From the NCBI RefSeq assembly GCF_000315625.1, contig NW_005434669.1, positions 593,238-657,237 on the forward strand: DNA of 64,000 bases, written 5' to 3'. Each line of letters opens with the position of its first letter. Positions within the stretch are counted from its first letter, which is position 1. The notes below the pieces were generated by a model. It ran no database searches. It was not told the origin of the DNA and saw only the letters and a list, made by a program, of their open reading frames with translations. The DNA comes from Guillardia theta CCMP2712. Its lineage: Eukaryota > Protista > Cryptophyta. Positions 62,386-64,000 of the stretch are shown piece by piece. The position numbers were made by a program, and so were the translations under genes.

Positions 62386-63548
62386 CTTTTCTGCCTGTCC
62401 TGCTCCCTTGCGCATATCGCACTTGAACAAGCTGCTTCACCCCAGAATGAGTTACCACCAGGGGTGTATTGAATGCAAATACCTGGGGTATTGAATGGTA
62501 GGTATTAGGAGGGGTGCTTGAACTAGGGGCTGCGATGTTTTCAAGTACCGGTGATTATCCCATTGAATGGAGGGGTGGAGTCGATGGTGAGACACACGGC
62601 AGGAGGCTGCGGGGGTGGGAAATTGTGACTTGCGAGATTTGAAAGATGGTGGGGTAGTCCGAAAATCGCGGTGCTACAGGCAGGGTGGGGTGGGAGGTGT
62701 GAGGGGTTGTATCAGGTAAAGGTGGGTAGTTGAAGGGAATAAATGGGGGTGGGGTACTCCTTCGCAGGTTTGACGTGAGCCGGGTGTGGATATGCAGGGG
62801 AATCTCGAGATTCTCAAAGAATGGAATGTGATGAGCGAGTTTTCAAATATGAACTTACTGGTTCAAATTTTGATTCGTTGGATTAGGAATTAAAATGAAA
62901 AGTGGTTGATACCGGGGTAGGGTGTGTTGATGAGTGGGGTGATTTTTCGCTTCAGTAGGGTGGTGTGGTGGGAAGGTGGGGTGGGTGCTCATATTGGGTC
63001 AGTCTGGGGTCCCCTCTTTTGTTTGGGTGTTATGGAGGGTGCAGGGGTCAATGTGTACTAGCAATGGGGGGTGATACGAGGTTATGGAGGGGGTAGGGGG
63101 TGATCTAGGGCATCAGAATCCCCGGGGTGGTGTGAGCAAAGTGGGGTGGGGGTAGTAGAAGGGAAGCGAGATGGTACCAGCAATGAAGCATGGCTAAGGT
63201 GAGAAAGATGCAGCCGCTGATTGCAACTTCATCCTTATCCTCCTCCTCCTTGATTCGTCTCTATGGCAACTTCGATGTCAAGACAATCTCTCGCTTCCTC
63301 TCGTAAACGGAGACCGGGTCTTGCTTGCTTGTGCTTGCAGGGGTGCATGTGTCCATTCCTTCCTAGGGTGAATTATGCTTGTGCCTGATCCTCTCACACT
63401 CCCGGCTACCTGGGTTGACCACCTATGTCTTCACGCGGTTGCTTCACATCTACTCCGTCATTCTGCTTTAGAGCTTCATTCCCCTCTTGTAGATTTATTT
63501 CCACATGACGAGTGATGACATTTTTCATGAGTAGTATTTTTTAAATGG

Positions 63549-63588
63549 CAATGCGAACTGCGATGTTGCAATGCGAACTGCGATGTTG
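63549..63588. repeat. 20-bp tandem duplication CAATGCGAACTGCGATGTTG x2
   Basis: Directly visible. Confidence 0.85.
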
Positions 63589-64000
63589 GTAACCTGCTTT
63601 GAATCTTTTCCTGCAGTTCGAGTTTGTTTCAGAGGATTATTCTGCCATTCAAGAAATGCATCGTAGATGTATGAGTGAGAATCCGCGTGCTCACAAGATG
63701 GCATGAAACAGAAGGCCACTCACAACGGGAACTTGCCTATGGCTCTTCGAAGATCAGCTTCGGATGATCCGCTGCATGGGCAAGAAGCATGTGGCGGTAA
63801 TGATATGGCATACAACATACCGCGAACGGAATCAAATTGCATCGAATACAACATGGTTCAATTCAGATATTACAAGAGCTTCTTGCCAAAAGCAGCCATC
63901 GCAAAGGTCTTGAGATCGACAAAAACGGTTTAAGATTCTTATCTTTGTTTATGATGAGAATGACTAATTGGTTCCTCCATCCAGGATGGTCCTGTCAATC

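Noticed and set aside
61610-62458. E/R/K-rich 282-aa and 243-aa ORFs
   Set aside because: Translations of a pentanucleotide satellite that lacks stop codons by composition.

Overview
Eukaryotic nuclear DNA: gene-dense, with many short (about 45-80 nt) GT-AG introns, microsatellites and two 100-N assembly gaps. The ASA|F bipartite plastid-targeting signal, flagellar genes, tiny introns and base composition suggest a cryptophyte alga such as Guillardia theta (inference, not a database result). Hand-spliced genes in order: unknown partial gene, outer-arm dynein LC4-type EF-hand protein, TenA_E thiamine-salvage enzyme, R3H/RRM protein, two small RVxF-motif proteins, RNF14-type RWD-RBR E3 ligase, SDR, Ulp1/SENP protease, threonine aldolase, plastid-targeted gamma-glutamylcyclotransferase, TBC Rab-GAP, CNBD K+ channel, 8.6-kb IP3-receptor-like channel, EF-hand protein, Cys-rich GCC2_GCC3 protein, BPNT1-like pAp phosphatase, histidine phosphatase, TrmB-BPNT1 fusion, TM9SF, unknown protein and SSU72. 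The most striking structure is at 49.4-55.3 kb. A near-identical 1.1-kb inverted duplication of a BPNT1-like phosphatase brackets a histidine-phosphatase gene. One copy is standalone; the other is fused in frame to the C-terminus of a bacterial-type tRNA m7G46 methyltransferase (TrmB). Multi-exon gene ends are approximate where stated. No CRISPR, rRNA, tRNA or intact transposon was recognised.
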